Origin: Phormidesmis sp.
GTDB lineage: Bacteria; Cyanobacteriota; Cyanobacteriia; Leptolyngbyales; Leptolyngbyaceae
Reading direction: 5' to 3'
Length of the DNA: 64,000 nt
Assembly (NCBI GenBank): GCA_965248535.1
Contig: CBDFJR010000002.1
Location: forward strand, 1,248,001 to 1,312,000
The notes under the pieces are model-generated. The model saw only the letters and a list, made by a program, of their open reading frames with translations, had not been told where the DNA came from and did not search any database. Made by a program: the position numbers and the translations under genes. This document shows, in pieces, positions 1 to 11,133 of the stretch. The stretch's first letter is position 1; every line of letters begins with the position of its first letter.

Positions 1-77
1 TCGCCTTTCTCGTCACCTTTAAGATGCTGCTGGCAATATTTGACAAATTTCTCAAGGCTTGCGGGTGTAGCTGGCAT
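1..77 (-). CDS. 5' fragment of a gene running off the window; probable type IIL/MmeI-like DNA methyltransferase (restriction-modification)
   Basis: Manual translation from ATG at 77: MPATPASLEKFVKYCQQHLKGDEKG..., resembling the N-terminus (GDEKGE) of cyanobacterial fused R-M methyltransferases; only 25 codons visible. Confidence 0.45.
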   Translation of the reverse strand, partial: MPATPASLEKFVKYCQQHLKGDEKG

Positions 78-204
78 AGTCAGAATTCAGCGAGGGAGCA
101 AAGGAAAAGCGCGAATCGATAACCATAGGGTTAGCGCTCAGTATTCCCACCTTAACCCTACCGATTGAGCTTAAATCTCGGCAGCTTCGCTTCACTGCGT
201 GTTC

Positions 205-359
205 GTTGCTGTTCTAAACTCGGATTGTCGAGCTTCTTGCTCCGATGTTGCTGTTCCCAACTCGAAGCACCGAGCTTTCTGCTCTAATGCCGCTGCTCTG
301 AACTCGGAATGTCGAGCTTTTTGCTTCGATGTTGCCGTTCCGAACTCGGATCGTCGAGC
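205..359. repeat. Degenerate 42-bp tandem repeat, about 3.7 copies
   Basis: Units start at 205, 247, 289, 331; consensus GTTGCTGTTCyrAACTCGGAtTGTCGAGCTTtTTGCTyyrAT. Confidence 0.85.
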
Positions 360-446
360 AATTTGCCCCATCATCCAAGCTCTGAGCTTCAATTTGGACT
401 TTAGAGGTGTATACATAGGGCTTTGTCGCTGCGTTCTAGTCTTTCA

Positions 447-527
447 GCCCCCTAAATCCCCCATTCTGGTGGACTTTGAATCGGAGTTTTGAGCTTAAAG
501 TCCCCCATTTTGGGGGATTTAGGGAGC
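447..527. repeat. Palindromic intergenic element (cyanobacterial REP/MITE-like)
   Basis: GCCCCCTAAATCCCCCA ... TGGGGGATTTAGGGAGC outer inverted repeat with inner GGACTTT/AAAGTCC. Confidence 0.75.
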
Positions 528-597
528 GAAGATCTCGGCAATGACGAATCGAAAACCCCATCGAACTGACGTGATCTTAAGGCCCTGCTCTGGTCAC

Positions 598-634
598 AAA
601 AAAAGGGTGCGTCACCCTCATCAGCAACGCACCC
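598..634 (-). terminator. Intrinsic terminator of the 659-2311 gene
   Basis: GGGTGCGT...ACGCACCC stem followed by a T7 run on the minus strand. Confidence 0.65.
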
Positions 635-658
635 GATCGATTAAAAATTCAAAAAAGG

Positions 659-2311
659 TTAGCGTTTAAACTCTTTCAGCCATTCGCGCAACTGTTCAGC
701 CGCGACTTCACGGCCGCCCAAGCCAAAGGAAAGCGCAATAGCCACTGCGATCGCGCCTAACAGCAACCCAAACGCTAGGTTAACAATATTTGGAGCGATG
801 CCCATTTGCTGAAGAGCCATCGCCGCCACGAGTGCAATAATTGACACCCGCGCCGTTTGACCTAACAGATTAGCCTGACGACTTCCAGAACTGTTGATTA
901 GGCTATAGGCAAGATTGGCGAGATATAAGCCAACTGCAAACACCACTAATCCGACTAGAATTCGTCCAAAGACAATGAGCAAGCCTGCCACAATTTGCTT
1001 CAGCGCCTCAAATTGCAGCACATCGATCGCCGCAACCGTAGCCAGCAACATCACACCAACTAGCACCACTACGCCGACAATTTCAGAGGGCGTGCGAACC
1101 GACGGGCTAGCAGGTGGCTCATGCAGCGTTTCACCCGTTTGAAACTCAGCGCTATAGGGAACCTGAGGCGCAGGAGACGGAAGACCCAGCCACTGAAAAA
1201 CATTGTTGAACCCAATGCCCGCCAAAAGGTTTGTGACTAAATCGGCAATAAATTTGCCCACCACATAAGCGATCGCCAAAATCAATGCGGCCGTAAAAAT
1301 CTTGGGCAGCGCGTTGAGAATCTGATTCAGCATCGAGGTGGCTGGGTTAGAAATAGCAGGAATTGCTAAAGCATCCAGGGCCGCCGTTGCTGCGGGAATC
1401 AAAATCAAAACATAGACGATCGTGCCCACCAGCCATGAGAGCGATTGCCCGCCTCTGGCTCGACTTAGCCCAAATCTGGCTCCGATCTGGTCGGCTCCAC
1501 TGGCAGACAGCAAATTGGTAACAATGCCCCGCACAATCCGTGCTACAAACCAGCCCACCACTCCAATCAAAACCGCTTTGATGATGTTGGGCAGAGCACC
1601 CAAAATCTGGTCTAGCAAGTTTTGCACGGGCTGAAGCGGGCCCTGTAGATCCAGCACCCCTAGAACCAAGGGTAGGAAAAACAAAAAGACAAACCAATAC
1701 AGCGCATTGCCGAGGGTTTCACTTAGCAAAAACGGACTGGGAGACAGGGGATCAGAAGGAGCTTGGTCTGCCAGACGCTCGTCAAGGGAGAAGGACTGAG
1801 CCGTGCGAATGACGATCGCTTTCACCACGGTTGCCACGACCCAGGCGATCGCAATCAACACCGCCGCCGAGCCAAGACGCGGCAAAAACCCAAAAATCTG
1901 ACTGAGGAATGTGTTGAGCGGAGTTGAGACGGTCTGTAGGTTGAGGGCGTTTAGCGCCGCCACCACCGCCAGGATCATAATGATCCAGAACACGATCGCG
2001 CCGATTAAATTCTCTACCTTTAGATCTGACTGACTGCGCCCAGTTGAAATCATCCCCGCTAGGCGGTTATCAACATCTGTACGTTTGAGCAGACTGCGAA
2101 CAGCACCTGAAACGATCGCGCCCACTAGCCAGCCAATCAACAAGATCGCTACTGCCCCCAGCAACCGCGCCACGATATTGGTGAGATTGTTGGGATCGAT
2201 GCCTTGGAAAACGGTGATTGGGGCAGCGGGAGCTTGTGCTAATACGATCGCCAGCGGGCTGAGTATCTGCCCCCCAACTGGCTCACTAAGACTTTGCCAA
2301 ACTTGATTCAT
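659..2311 (-). CDS. Conserved TM-helix repeat protein (mechanosensitive channel/CmpX-like)
   Basis: 550 aa with repeated 'LPxxxxAxLIxxIGWxVAxxV' TM units; ends 'AFGLLLGAIAVAIALSFGLGGRE'. Confidence 0.8.
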   Translation of the reverse strand: MNQVWQSLSEPVGGQILSPLAIVLAQAPAAPITVFQGIDPNNLTNIVARLLGAVAILLIGWLVGAIVSGAVRSLLKRTDVDNRLAGMISTGRSQSDLKVENLIGAIVFWIIMILAVVAALNALNLQTVSTPLNTFLSQIFGFLPRLGSAAVLIAIAWVVATVVKAIVIRTAQSFSLDERLADQAPSDPLSPSPFLLSETLGNALYWFVFLFFLPLVLGVLDLQGPLQPVQNLLDQILGALPNIIKAVLIGVVGWFVARIVRGIVTNLLSASGADQIGARFGLSRARGGQSLSWLVGTIVYVLILIPAATAALDALAIPAISNPATSMLNQILNALPKIFTAALILAIAYVVGKFIADLVTNLLAGIGFNNVFQWLGLPSPAPQVPYSAEFQTGETLHEPPASPSVRTPSEIVGVVVLVGVMLLATVAAIDVLQFEALKQIVAGLLIVFGRILVGLVVFAVGLYLANLAYSLINSSGSRQANLLGQTARVSIIALVAAMALQQMGIAPNIVNLAFGLLLGAIAVAIALSFGLGGREVAAEQLREWLKEFKR

Positions 2312-2757
2312 GGTTATCTAGTAATCTCTTTTTCGGTCGGTCAAAACGCGCCACCGCCACTGCGAGAAGAGCAGCGATTTAGAACTAAGTTGGGAAGCAG
2401 TCTGTTTTTATACAATTCGGCTTACGAGTCCTTACTTAGAGCGCCAGAAATTCTTGTGAGGAGCGTTAAAATACGGGTGCATCATCAGGGTACAGGCATC
2501 TCTCAAAAGAGAAAAGACTTTAGAAATACTATTTCAAGTTTTGATGAATTATCATAGAGACCTCAATAAGTTTCTGACCCACGGCTAATGATGAGAAGAT
2601 TTTATCGACTCGTCAGAGAGGTGTCGTCAATAAAGTAGTCAACCCTGCACCTGATCGGCAGAATGCCATTTAGCCGGGCCCCAAAGCCTCGGTCTAGAGG
2701 TATATTTTTGACACAAGAAACTATTCAGCCCTCGAATCTCAGAGATCATCCGTTAAA

Positions 2758-3213
2758 ATGCCTCCTCAGATTTTTGAGCAATCTATTCAGATTAATGCCA
2801 GTGCCACGATCGTAGAACGCTGTTTTACCAATCAAAGCCTGATGCACCGCTGGCTCAATCCGGCATTGCGCTGTGAGCCAATCGGCAAGTGGTCTACCGA
2901 GGTCGGCAGCCTTAGCCGTTTTGTGATTCAAGTTCCGCTGCTTCAACCCGCCCTGAGAAGTGTGGTCGCCGAGCGCGAACCGGGGTTAGTGGTTTGGGAG
3001 TTTCAAGGATTTTTTAAGGGGCGCGATCGCTGGGAATGCACCCCTGAAGGCAACGGCACTCGGTTGCTCAATCGCTTTGAGTTTGAGATTCCTAACCCGA
3101 TCGTGCGATTTGGGTTCAACACTTTTGCCTCTGAGTGGACACAGGCAGATATGACGGCCCAACTCCGACGGCTCAAGCGAGTGGCTGAAGAAGTTTATCA
3201 GAGGGTGAGCTAG
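2758..3213 (+). CDS. SRPBCC/polyketide cyclase family protein
   Basis: 151 aa, 'FEQSIQINAS...MHRWLNP...GFFKGRDRW' START-like pattern. Confidence 0.75.
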   Translation: MPPQIFEQSIQINASATIVERCFTNQSLMHRWLNPALRCEPIGKWSTEVGSLSRFVIQVPLLQPALRSVVAEREPGLVVWEFQGFFKGRDRWECTPEGNGTRLLNRFEFEIPNPIVRFGFNTFASEWTQADMTAQLRRLKRVAEEVYQRVS

Positions 3214-4763
3214 CTGGTTGCTGCTTTCTCTAATATCAGTTTCGATCGCTTTAACGGCTCAGGCACCGCGATCGGATAGTCACCCGTAAAGCAAGCCGAG
3301 CAGAACTCTTGGGTGTTTTCACGAGTGGCGGTCAACATCCCATCTAGGCTGAGATATTGCAGAGAATCGACTCCGATTTGCTCGGCGATTTCTGCAACCG
3401 ATTTGGTCGCGGCGATCAGGTGATCCTGACTATCCGTGTCAATGCCATAAAAACAAGGGTGAGTCACCGGGGGCGATGAGATTCTCATGTGCACCTCGAT
3501 CGCGCCTGCATCGCGGAGGGCTTTGACAATTTTGCGGCTGGTGGTGCCGCGCACGATCGAGTCATCGACGATCACAACCCGCTTGCCTGCCAGCACATCT
3601 TTAAGCGGATTCAGCTTCATTTTGATGCCCGATTCGCGCATCGCTTGAGTAGGTTGAATGAAGGTGCGACCCACATAGCGGTTTTTGATCAAGCCTTCTG
3701 CATAGGGAATGCCCGACGCTTGAGAAAACCCGATCGCCGCAGGCACCCCCGAATCGGGCACTGCGATCACGATATCTGCATCAACTGCCGATTCTGCCGC
3801 AAGCTGGCGACCAATTCGCAGCCGATAGCTATATAAACTCTCGTCATGCACAACGCTATCAGGGCGTGCAAAATAAATCATTTCAAAGATGCAGAGTTTG
3901 CGCTGTGACTGCTCTGCCCAGCGACTCGACGCTAACCCAGCATCGGTGATCCACACCAGTTCGCCCGGTGCCACGTCGCGCAAATAATCGGCTCCAATAA
4001 TGTCTAACCCACAGGTCTCAGAGGCCAGCACATAGCGAGGGGCATCGTCAGGCGAGGCTTGGGGCAGAGTGCCGATCACCAGAGGACGGATGCCATTGGG
4101 GTCACGAGCGCCGATCATGCCATCGGGGGTGCCGATGACTAAACTAAAGGCTCCTTGACATCGCTTAAAGGCTTGAGTGGCAGCCTCTACCCAAGCGTTT
4201 CCGGCGTTGACGGCTTCGGCGATCGCCCACGCGATCGCTTCTGAATCGGTAGTGGTGAGAAAATTGTGATTTTGCTCTAACAGTTCTTCTCGGAGAATTT
4301 GAGTATTGACGAGGTTGCCATTGTGAGCCAGCGCAATTTTGCCTAAGCGGGTTTGCACCACAGCAGGTTGTGCATTGACAACGCGACTAGACCCGGTTGT
4401 GGAGTAGCGAGTATGCCCGATCGCCAGATCCCCCAACAGTTCACTGAGAATCGTCTCATTGAAAACTTGAGACACCAGCCCCATCTCTTTATGGAGGTGA
4501 ACGGTGTCACCTTCAAAGGTGGCAATGCCAGCCGATTCTTGCCCCCGATGCTGAAGTGCATATAGCCCAAAATAGGCAAGATTGGCGACTTTTTCGCCGG
4601 GGGCATAGACCCCAAAGACTCCGCAGGATTCTTCTGGTTTGTCACCGCAAGATTCTTCTGGTTTGTCAGCGCAAGATTCTTCTGGTTTGTTACCAAACAT
4701 GAGCGGGTCTACCCATTCATCACAGTGCTCAAGCGAATCGGATAACGTGTCATCAGGCAACAT
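3210..4763 (-). CDS. purF: Amidophosphoribosyltransferase
   Basis: CGVFG, LQHRGQESAG, GHTRYST, HNGN, PRPP motif VIVDDSIVRGTTS, Fe-S Cys (HPCFYG, CSACF). Confidence 0.97.
   Translation of the reverse strand: MLPDDTLSDSLEHCDEWVDPLMFGNKPEESCADKPEESCGDKPEESCGVFGVYAPGEKVANLAYFGLYALQHRGQESAGIATFEGDTVHLHKEMGLVSQVFNETILSELLGDLAIGHTRYSTTGSSRVVNAQPAVVQTRLGKIALAHNGNLVNTQILREELLEQNHNFLTTTDSEAIAWAIAEAVNAGNAWVEAATQAFKRCQGAFSLVIGTPDGMIGARDPNGIRPLVIGTLPQASPDDAPRYVLASETCGLDIIGADYLRDVAPGELVWITDAGLASSRWAEQSQRKLCIFEMIYFARPDSVVHDESLYSYRLRIGRQLAAESAVDADIVIAVPDSGVPAAIGFSQASGIPYAEGLIKNRYVGRTFIQPTQAMRESGIKMKLNPLKDVLAGKRVVIVDDSIVRGTTSRKIVKALRDAGAIEVHMRISSPPVTHPCFYGIDTDSQDHLIAATKSVAEIAEQIGVDSLQYLSLDGMLTATRENTQEFCSACFTGDYPIAVPEPLKRSKLILEKAATS
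4622..4693 (-). repeat. 3 x 24-bp tandem repeat in purF propeptide, encoding (N/D)KPEESC(A/G)
   Basis: cgcargattcttctggtttgtyas three times in tandem. Confidence 0.95.
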
Positions 4764-4927
4764 AGGTTTAGCTCAGAGCTTACTAGGGATCTTGTGAAGG
4801 AGCGCAGGGCAAGTTGATGAAGGGAAGGCTTAACTTGTCTTAATATTCACTTAATAATCTCACAAATCTGAGGCGATCGCTTCTGAAATGCCAGAAGAGA
4901 GAGATTTCATGCCGACGATCGTCGGCT

Positions 4928-7282
4928 TTAACCTGCTAATCGTCGCTCGATCGCGTCTTGCCAAGAGGCTTGCATCTCTGCGATCGTAGCGTCAATCAAC
5001 CAGAGATGGTTGGCTGTTGAGATCCGCAGCGATCGCCCTGCAACTTGACCAATTTTTTGCCAGTTTTGCCCCAGATGCTGACCTAAATAGACTTCCCAGT
5101 CTGCTTGCTGCTCTCTCGCCACCGACACAATAATCCGGGCACCGCCTTCAGCAAACAGCACCTGATCCCACCGATCAGGCTGTGCGTCGAAGGTGATTTC
5201 GGCTCCCTTTTGACCGCTCAGGCACGACTCGGCTAGGGCGATCGCCAATCCGCCTTCGGCACAATCATGGGCCGATTTAATCCAGCCCTGACGAATGCCA
5301 TCTCGACACACGGCTTGCACAATACGTTCTAGAGCAAAGTCGATCTGAGGAGGTTTTCCGGCGATCGTGCCGTGCAAAGTGGCCAGATATTCCGATGCGC
5401 CCAGCGTGACTGACTCAGAAGTGGTATCCAGTCCCAACCCCAGCAGATAAATCCCGTCGCCTTCGGTTTGCCAGCCCTGACCAGCGATGTGGTTGAGATC
5501 AGGAATCAGCCCCACCATGCCGATCACCGGAGTCGGATAAATGGGGGCAGGTTTGCCGTTACTATCCAGCGTTTCGTTATAAAGCGAGACATTGCCGCCC
5601 GTGACGGGGGTCGAAAACTCGGTGCAGGCTTCGGCGAGACCGCGACAGGCTTCGGCCAGTTGCCAATAGCCGATCGGGTTTTCGGGGCTGCCAAAGTTGA
5701 GATTATCGGTGACCGCGATCGGGTCTGCCCCCACGCAGCTTAGATTGCGGGCAGCTTCGGCCACGGCGGCTTTAGCTCCTTCATAGGGGTGAAGATAGAC
5801 ATAGCGGGCATTGCAGTCTACCGTCGCTGCTACCCCTTTGTGAAGCGCTGCCGGATCGGCCACAAACGCAGACGACGACGCATTGGCTAAGGGCCGAACT
5901 CGCACCACGGCGGCATCGGCTCCACCAGGCAGCATCACGGTGTTGTTTTGAACTTGATGATCATATTGACGATAGACCCAGCGCTTAGAAGCGATCGTGG
6001 GCGTATCCAACAATCTCAACAGCACTTGATTCCAGGTGAGAAACCCGCTATCGAGTTCAATGCCTTTTGCGTGGCAGGGGGGCAAGCGATCGCGGCTCCA
6101 TTCCCAGGCTTTTTTCGCATAGTCTGGTGGCTCTGCGAGTAGCTTGTGGTGATAGATTGGCGTGTTATCTGATAGCGCCGTTGCAGGAATTTCGGCCGCA
6201 ATTTCACCTTTAAAGAGGATTCTGACGATCGGGTCTGCAATCACCGTCCCAGCGACCACTGCCTGAAGTTCCCACCGTTTGAAAATGTCGATTAGTTCCT
6301 GTTCTCGCCCTTTGTGAGCTACAAACAGCATTCGTTCTTGAGATTCAGACAGCAGATATTCGTAGGGCACCATGCCCGTTTCTCGCGCCGGAATCAGATC
6401 CAAATCCAACTCAATGCCCACGCCGCCCTTGGCTGCCATCTCAGCGGTCGAACAGGTCAGCCCGGCCGCCCCCATGTCTTGAGCCGCCACAACTGCGCCC
6501 GTTTTAAACGCTTCTAGACACGCCTCAATTAAGGATTTTTCTAGAAAAGGGTCGCCGACTTGCACGGCCGGGCGATCGTCCATGGATTGATCGCTCAACT
6601 CGGCGCTGGCAAAACTGGCCCCGCCCATGCCGTCGCGTCCCGTTGTCGAGCCGACATAGAGAACCGGGTTGCCAATGCCTTTAGCCCCTGATTTGACGAT
6701 TTCTGTCGTCTCCATCAAGCCCAGCGCCATGACATTCACTAACGGGTTGCCAGAATAAGCAGGATCAAAATAAACTTCGCCGCCCACCGTGGGAACGCCG
6801 ACACAGTTGCCATAGTGAGAAATGCCAGCCACCACGCCTGTGAAGATGCGGCGGGTTTTGGCATCGTCTAGAGAGCCAAAGCGCAAGGAGTTGAGGAGAG
6901 CGATCGGGCGGGCCCCCATCGTAAAAATATCGCGCAGAATTCCGCCAACGCCTGTAGCAGCACCCTGAAAGGGTTCGACGGCTGAGGGGTGATTGTGCGA
7001 CTCGATCTTAAACGCAAGCTGCAACCCGTCGCCTAAATCGATAACTCCGGCATTTTCGCCCGGCCCAACAAGAATCTTTTCACCCTCGGTAGGAAACTGC
7101 TTGAGCAACGGACGCGAATTTTTATAGCAGCAGTGTTCTGACCACATGACCCCAAACATCCCTAGCTCGGCTTTGTTGGGGTGACGACCGAGCCGTTGCA
7201 CGATGTCTTGATATTCTTCAGGCTTAATGCCCTCAGCAGCAATCTCTTCGGCCGAAAAAGGAGCGGAGGCAATCACTGACAT
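4928..7282 (-). CDS. purL: Phosphoribosylformylglycinamidine synthase subunit PurL
   Basis: [43 protein letters not shown] motifs; adjacent to purF. Confidence 0.97.
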   Translation of the reverse strand: MSVIASAPFSAEEIAAEGIKPEEYQDIVQRLGRHPNKAELGMFGVMWSEHCCYKNSRPLLKQFPTEGEKILVGPGENAGVIDLGDGLQLAFKIESHNHPSAVEPFQGAATGVGGILRDIFTMGARPIALLNSLRFGSLDDAKTRRIFTGVVAGISHYGNCVGVPTVGGEVYFDPAYSGNPLVNVMALGLMETTEIVKSGAKGIGNPVLYVGSTTGRDGMGGASFASAELSDQSMDDRPAVQVGDPFLEKSLIEACLEAFKTGAVVAAQDMGAAGLTCSTAEMAAKGGVGIELDLDLIPARETGMVPYEYLLSESQERMLFVAHKGREQELIDIFKRWELQAVVAGTVIADPIVRILFKGEIAAEIPATALSDNTPIYHHKLLAEPPDYAKKAWEWSRDRLPPCHAKGIELDSGFLTWNQVLLRLLDTPTIASKRWVYRQYDHQVQNNTVMLPGGADAAVVRVRPLANASSSAFVADPAALHKGVAATVDCNARYVYLHPYEGAKAAVAEAARNLSCVGADPIAVTDNLNFGSPENPIGYWQLAEACRGLAEACTEFSTPVTGGNVSLYNETLDSNGKPAPIYPTPVIGMVGLIPDLNHIAGQGWQTEGDGIYLLGLGLDTTSESVTLGASEYLATLHGTIAGKPPQIDFALERIVQAVCRDGIRQGWIKSAHDCAEGGLAIALAESCLSGQKGAEITFDAQPDRWDQVLFAEGGARIIVSVAREQQADWEVYLGQHLGQNWQKIGQVAGRSLRISTANHLWLIDATIAEMQASWQDAIERRLAG

Positions 7283-7475
7283 AGAATCCTGCACGATCGA
7301 GACAGGAGTTCATTCTATCGGTAATTTTGTTTGACTTTTGGTTAGAGCCACAATTTCTCTGGCGATCTGGTCACACTGTCCCATCACTTTACGCGATTGT
7401 TCTAGAAACATTGCTCAGTTAACATAGAGCATGATGTATTCTCAGGACATCTATAAAATTCTCCACCAAAAAATT

Positions 7476-7691
7476 ATGCTGGATGAAGCAACCCTTGAAC
7501 GTCGTTTGACAACGCTTGAACAAGAGGTCAACAAGCTGAAACGTCAAGCTGATGGAAACGTTCCTTCTAGCTACTGGCTCGACAAATTGATTGGCTCAAT
7601 CTCCGACGAATCTGCTTTTCTTGAAGCGTTGGAGTATGGACGCTCCTTCCGTGAAGCAGATAGACCCGTTGATGACTATGACGAAGCGTGA
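7476..7691 (+). CDS. Putative antitoxin of a VapBC-like pair
   Basis: Small acidic protein whose stop overlaps the PIN gene start (GTGA). Confidence 0.65.
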   Translation: MLDEATLERRLTTLEQEVNKLKRQADGNVPSSYWLDKLIGSISDESAFLEALEYGRSFREADRPVDDYDEA

Positions 7692-8116
7692 AATACTTGC
7701 TCGACACTGACCACCTTAGTTTTCTACAACGACGCTCAAGCTTGGAGTTTTCAACCTTAACGGCTCGGATTTCCCAACACTCACCCGCAGATTTTGCTTT
7801 GTCTATAGTTAGCTTTCACGAGCAAGTTTTGGGTGCTCACACCTTTATTAGCCGTGCCCAAACAAAAGCTGACATCATGCGTGGATACAAATTACTACTA
7901 GAGACACTTCAGGGCTTTTCGATGGCTCCAGTGCTTCCTTTAACTGCTGAAGCGCTCGCAATTTTTGATGAATTCCGAGTTCAAAAGATTCGCGTATCGA
8001 CGATGGATTTACGAATAGCCGCGATCGCCCTCTCACAAAATTTAGTGCTGTTAACTCGAAACGTTAGCGATTTCAGCAAAGTGCCAGGACTAGCAACAGA
8101 GGATTGGACAATTTAA
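7688..8116 (+). CDS. vapC: PIN-domain VapC toxin
   Basis: YLLDTD, MDLRIAAIA, LLTRNxxDF PIN motifs. Confidence 0.9.
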   Translation: MKYLLDTDHLSFLQRRSSLEFSTLTARISQHSPADFALSIVSFHEQVLGAHTFISRAQTKADIMRGYKLLLETLQGFSMAPVLPLTAEALAIFDEFRVQKIRVSTMDLRIAAIALSQNLVLLTRNVSDFSKVPGLATEDWTI

Positions 8117-8140
8117 TGTGATGAGCATTAAAAAAACTCA

Positions 8141-8806
8141 TCAGATGTTGAGCGATCGCTGATCTTGAATCCAACTCCGAAACACCGTCAGCGCTTGTGC
8201 CAACCCGATCTGATCGCTCTGAGCTAAAAACTCTACCACTCGTTTTGCAGGCAGCCAGGGAAACGTTGGACTCGTCAGACACTCCACATATTCGCCGTTT
8301 TGCAACTGATAAATCAGCAGATTGCCCTTGAGAACGTTGTCGCCGATCGTTGTCCAATATTGCCAAACTTCGGGCAATCCCAACGCCGCATAAATGCCCA
8401 ACTTATTTAAGGAACTCCTGGTAATCGCCACTTCCACGGCGAGATCGGGCGGAGGCGTTTGACTCAAGTCGAGTTCTGCTCGCTGAGAGAGCCGGATTTT
8501 CTCCGTCAGATAATAAGCTGAGTCGGGTTGAGCCACACACTCTAAATCAGCACGTTTGAGCAAAACTGACCCGATCGGGTTAATCTCCACCGCCATTTCA
8601 TCAGCCACTAAAAGAATCAGCGACTCGATCAACCGACTACAGCGATCGTGCTCTTCGAGGGGAGTCATCATCTCAAGCCTGCCCCGATCGTAGGTAAGCC
8701 GAGCCGTGCGCGTTTGCCCCAACTCATCTAGCAACGTCTCAAACTGCTGCCAACTGACTTTGGGTAACACAATTCTTTTTTCAGTTGGGGCAGGTTTTTT
8801 GGCCAT
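8141..8806 (-). CDS. Uma2 family endonuclease (DUF820)
   Basis: VSWQQFE, RLTYDRGRLEMMTP, PDxxYY, PPPDLAVEV, YAALGLPEVW. Confidence 0.9.
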   Translation of the reverse strand: MAKKPAPTEKRIVLPKVSWQQFETLLDELGQTRTARLTYDRGRLEMMTPLEEHDRCSRLIESLILLVADEMAVEINPIGSVLLKRADLECVAQPDSAYYLTEKIRLSQRAELDLSQTPPPDLAVEVAITRSSLNKLGIYAALGLPEVWQYWTTIGDNVLKGNLLIYQLQNGEYVECLTSPTFPWLPAKRVVEFLAQSDQIGLAQALTVFRSWIQDQRSLNI

Positions 8807-8942
8807 CGAATCATCCGGTTACGGCTGCGTTTCTCATTTTACTGGGGTTAATCGCTTTCTAGAGTGTGAAGTTTTTCTAGCAGTAGACGCGATGGAGAGC
8901 GATCGCCCCGATAGGGTGATGGCAGCGTTTGATCTGTTCGTG

Positions 8943-9677
8943 ATGAGCCAAAACTTGCCTAAACAACCGTCTATTTTTTTGAAGCGAACTTGGCGAACCT
9001 TTTTCGCTCCTATTCTGATCGCCACAACGTTGCTAGGAGTTGGCTACTTTACGCCGCGAAGATGGGGAATGCCATCGCAAAATTGCCAAACTCAGCCCTT
9101 TAAAATCTATGTCGAAAGCGACTCAATGCACGTTAATCTGATTCTCCCGGTGCAGAATCAAGCCTTTGACTGGAGCCAGTTTCTAGACCTTGATCAGATT
9201 GGCAAAGACACCCAACAAAGCTATCGATATCTTAAATTTGGGTGGGGCGATCGTGACTTTTATATGAATACGCCAAGCTGGTCAGAGGTGAAACTTTCTA
9301 GCGTTCTCAGAAGCTTGTTTTTGCCCGGAAATCCTGCCGCTTTGTATGTAGAAGGCGATGCCCAATTGCCCCACGATCAGACCGCTGACCTGAAATGTGT
9401 GAGGGTTAGCCAAGACGATTATCTAAAATTGGTCGGCTTTATCAAGGCATCGTTTCAGCAAACGAGTCAGGGGCAGCCGATTCGCATTCAAGACTCAACG
9501 ATCGCCACGAGTGGATTTTATGAAGCCACCGGGCACTACTCCATTCTGCGAACCTGCAACACTTGGGCAGCCGATGGCTTAGACAGCGCCCACATTCAAA
9601 CTCCTCTCTGGTCAGGTCTCGCCTCTGCCGTGATCAGGCAGATCCCCAACCATTGCGAATGTAACACCATTCAGTAA
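8943..9677 (+). CDS. DUF2459/TIGR02117 family protein
   Basis: FGWGDRDFY, FYEATGHYSILRTCNTW; likely start ATG 8943 (ORF extends to 8706). Confidence 0.75.
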   Translation: MSQNLPKQPSIFLKRTWRTFFAPILIATTLLGVGYFTPRRWGMPSQNCQTQPFKIYVESDSMHVNLILPVQNQAFDWSQFLDLDQIGKDTQQSYRYLKFGWGDRDFYMNTPSWSEVKLSSVLRSLFLPGNPAALYVEGDAQLPHDQTADLKCVRVSQDDYLKLVGFIKASFQQTSQGQPIRIQDSTIATSGFYEATGHYSILRTCNTWAADGLDSAHIQTPLWSGLASAVIRQIPNHCECNTIQ

Positions 9678-9780
9678 CAATGCCGGACTGCAATATAAGG
9701 TATGTTGAAAAACGGCACGGTATCTTTCAGCCAGCCTCAGAAGGATCTATTCTTCTGACTATCGACTCTACACATCGCCA

Positions 9781-11133
9781 ATGCGTTTCTCGAAAATTTT
9801 GATTGCCAATCGGGGGGAGATTGCCCTAAGAATTCTTCGCACCTGTGAAGAAATGGGGATCGCCACCGTTGCGGTTCACTCCACGATCGATCGCCACTCT
9901 CTCCATGTGCAGCTAGCCGACGAAGCGGTTTGCATTGGCGAACCTGTGAGCAGCAAGAGCTATCTCAACATTCCCAATATCATTGCGGCTGCGCTGACCC
10001 GCAACGCGATCGCCATTCATCCTGGCTATGGCTTTTTGGCAGAAAATGCGCGATTTGCAGAGATTTGCGCCGATCATCAAATCGTTTTTATTGGCCCGTC
10101 TCCTGACTCGATTCGCTCAATGGGTGACAAATCGACCGCTAAAAAAACCATGCAGCGGGTGGGCGTGCCCACGGTTCCCGGCAGTCAGGGCTTAGTGCAA
10201 GATGAAGACGAAGCGAGAGCGATCGCCCGATCGATGGGCTACCCCGTGATTATTAAAGCAACCGCTGGGGGCGGCGGGCGAGGAATGCGGCTGGTGACGG
10301 CCGACGAAGATCTCGGCAAACTCTACATGGCAGCCCAAGGAGAAGCCGAAGCTGCCTTTGGCAATGGTGGGGTCTACGTCGAGAAATATGTTCAAAATCC
10401 GCGTCACATTGAGTTTCAGATTTTGGCAGACAGCTACGGCAACGTGATTCATTTGGGTGAACGAGAGTGTTCGATTCAGCGTCGTCACCAAAAGCTGTTA
10501 GAAGAAGCGCCGAGTTCTGCCCTGACTCCAGAGTTGCGAGAAAAAATGGGCAGTGCCGCCGTGCTGGCCGCCAAGTCGATCAATTATGTCGGGGCAGGCA
10601 CCGTGGAATTTTTGCTGGATCAGTCCGGTGATTTCTACTTTATGGAGATGAACACTCGCATTCAGGTCGAGCACCCCGTGACCGAAATGATTACGGGCAT
10701 TGATCTAATCGCCGAGCAGATTCGCATTGCTCAGGGCGAAGCACTCAGCTTGACTCAAGATCAAGTCGTGTTGCGGGGGCACTCGATCGAGTGTCGCGTC
10801 AACGCCGAAGACCCCGATTTCAACTTCCGCCCCAGCCCCGGACGGATTAGCGGCTATCTGCCGCCGAGCGGCCCCGGTGTGCGAATGGATTCCCACGTCT
10901 ACACGGATTATGAAATCCCGCCTTATTATGACTCGCTGATCGGCAAACTGATTGTCTGGGCCAGCGATCGCCCCTCAGCCATCCGCCGCATGAAGCGGGC
11001 ACTACGAGAATGCGCCATTACAGGGTTGCCGACAACGATCGCATTTCACCAGCGCATTCTCGATACGCCGGAGTTTCTCAGAGGCGAAATCTACACAAAC
11101 TTTGTCGAAAAAGTGATGATGCCCAAAAACTAG
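9781..11133 (+). CDS. accC: Acetyl-CoA carboxylase biotin carboxylase subunit
   Basis: [50 protein letters not shown]. Confidence 0.97.
   Translation: MRFSKILIANRGEIALRILRTCEEMGIATVAVHSTIDRHSLHVQLADEAVCIGEPVSSKSYLNIPNIIAAALTRNAIAIHPGYGFLAENARFAEICADHQIVFIGPSPDSIRSMGDKSTAKKTMQRVGVPTVPGSQGLVQDEDEARAIARSMGYPVIIKATAGGGGRGMRLVTADEDLGKLYMAAQGEAEAAFGNGGVYVEKYVQNPRHIEFQILADSYGNVIHLGERECSIQRRHQKLLEEAPSSALTPELREKMGSAAVLAAKSINYVGAGTVEFLLDQSGDFYFMEMNTRIQVEHPVTEMITGIDLIAEQIRIAQGEALSLTQDQVVLRGHSIECRVNAEDPDFNFRPSPGRISGYLPPSGPGVRMDSHVYTDYEIPPYYDSLIGKLIVWASDRPSAIRRMKRALRECAITGLPTTIAFHQRILDTPEFLRGEIYTNFVEKVMMPKN

Noticed and set aside
205..359. 42-bp repeats as CRISPR, or the 74/97-aa ORFs as real genes
   Set aside because: Contiguous tandem units without spacers; open frames follow from the 3n repeat length
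4911..4926. Perfect 16-bp palindrome GCCGACGATCGTCGGC between purL and purF as an operator
   Set aside because: Centred on the ubiquitous CGATCG; single occurrence; no supporting regulator evidence
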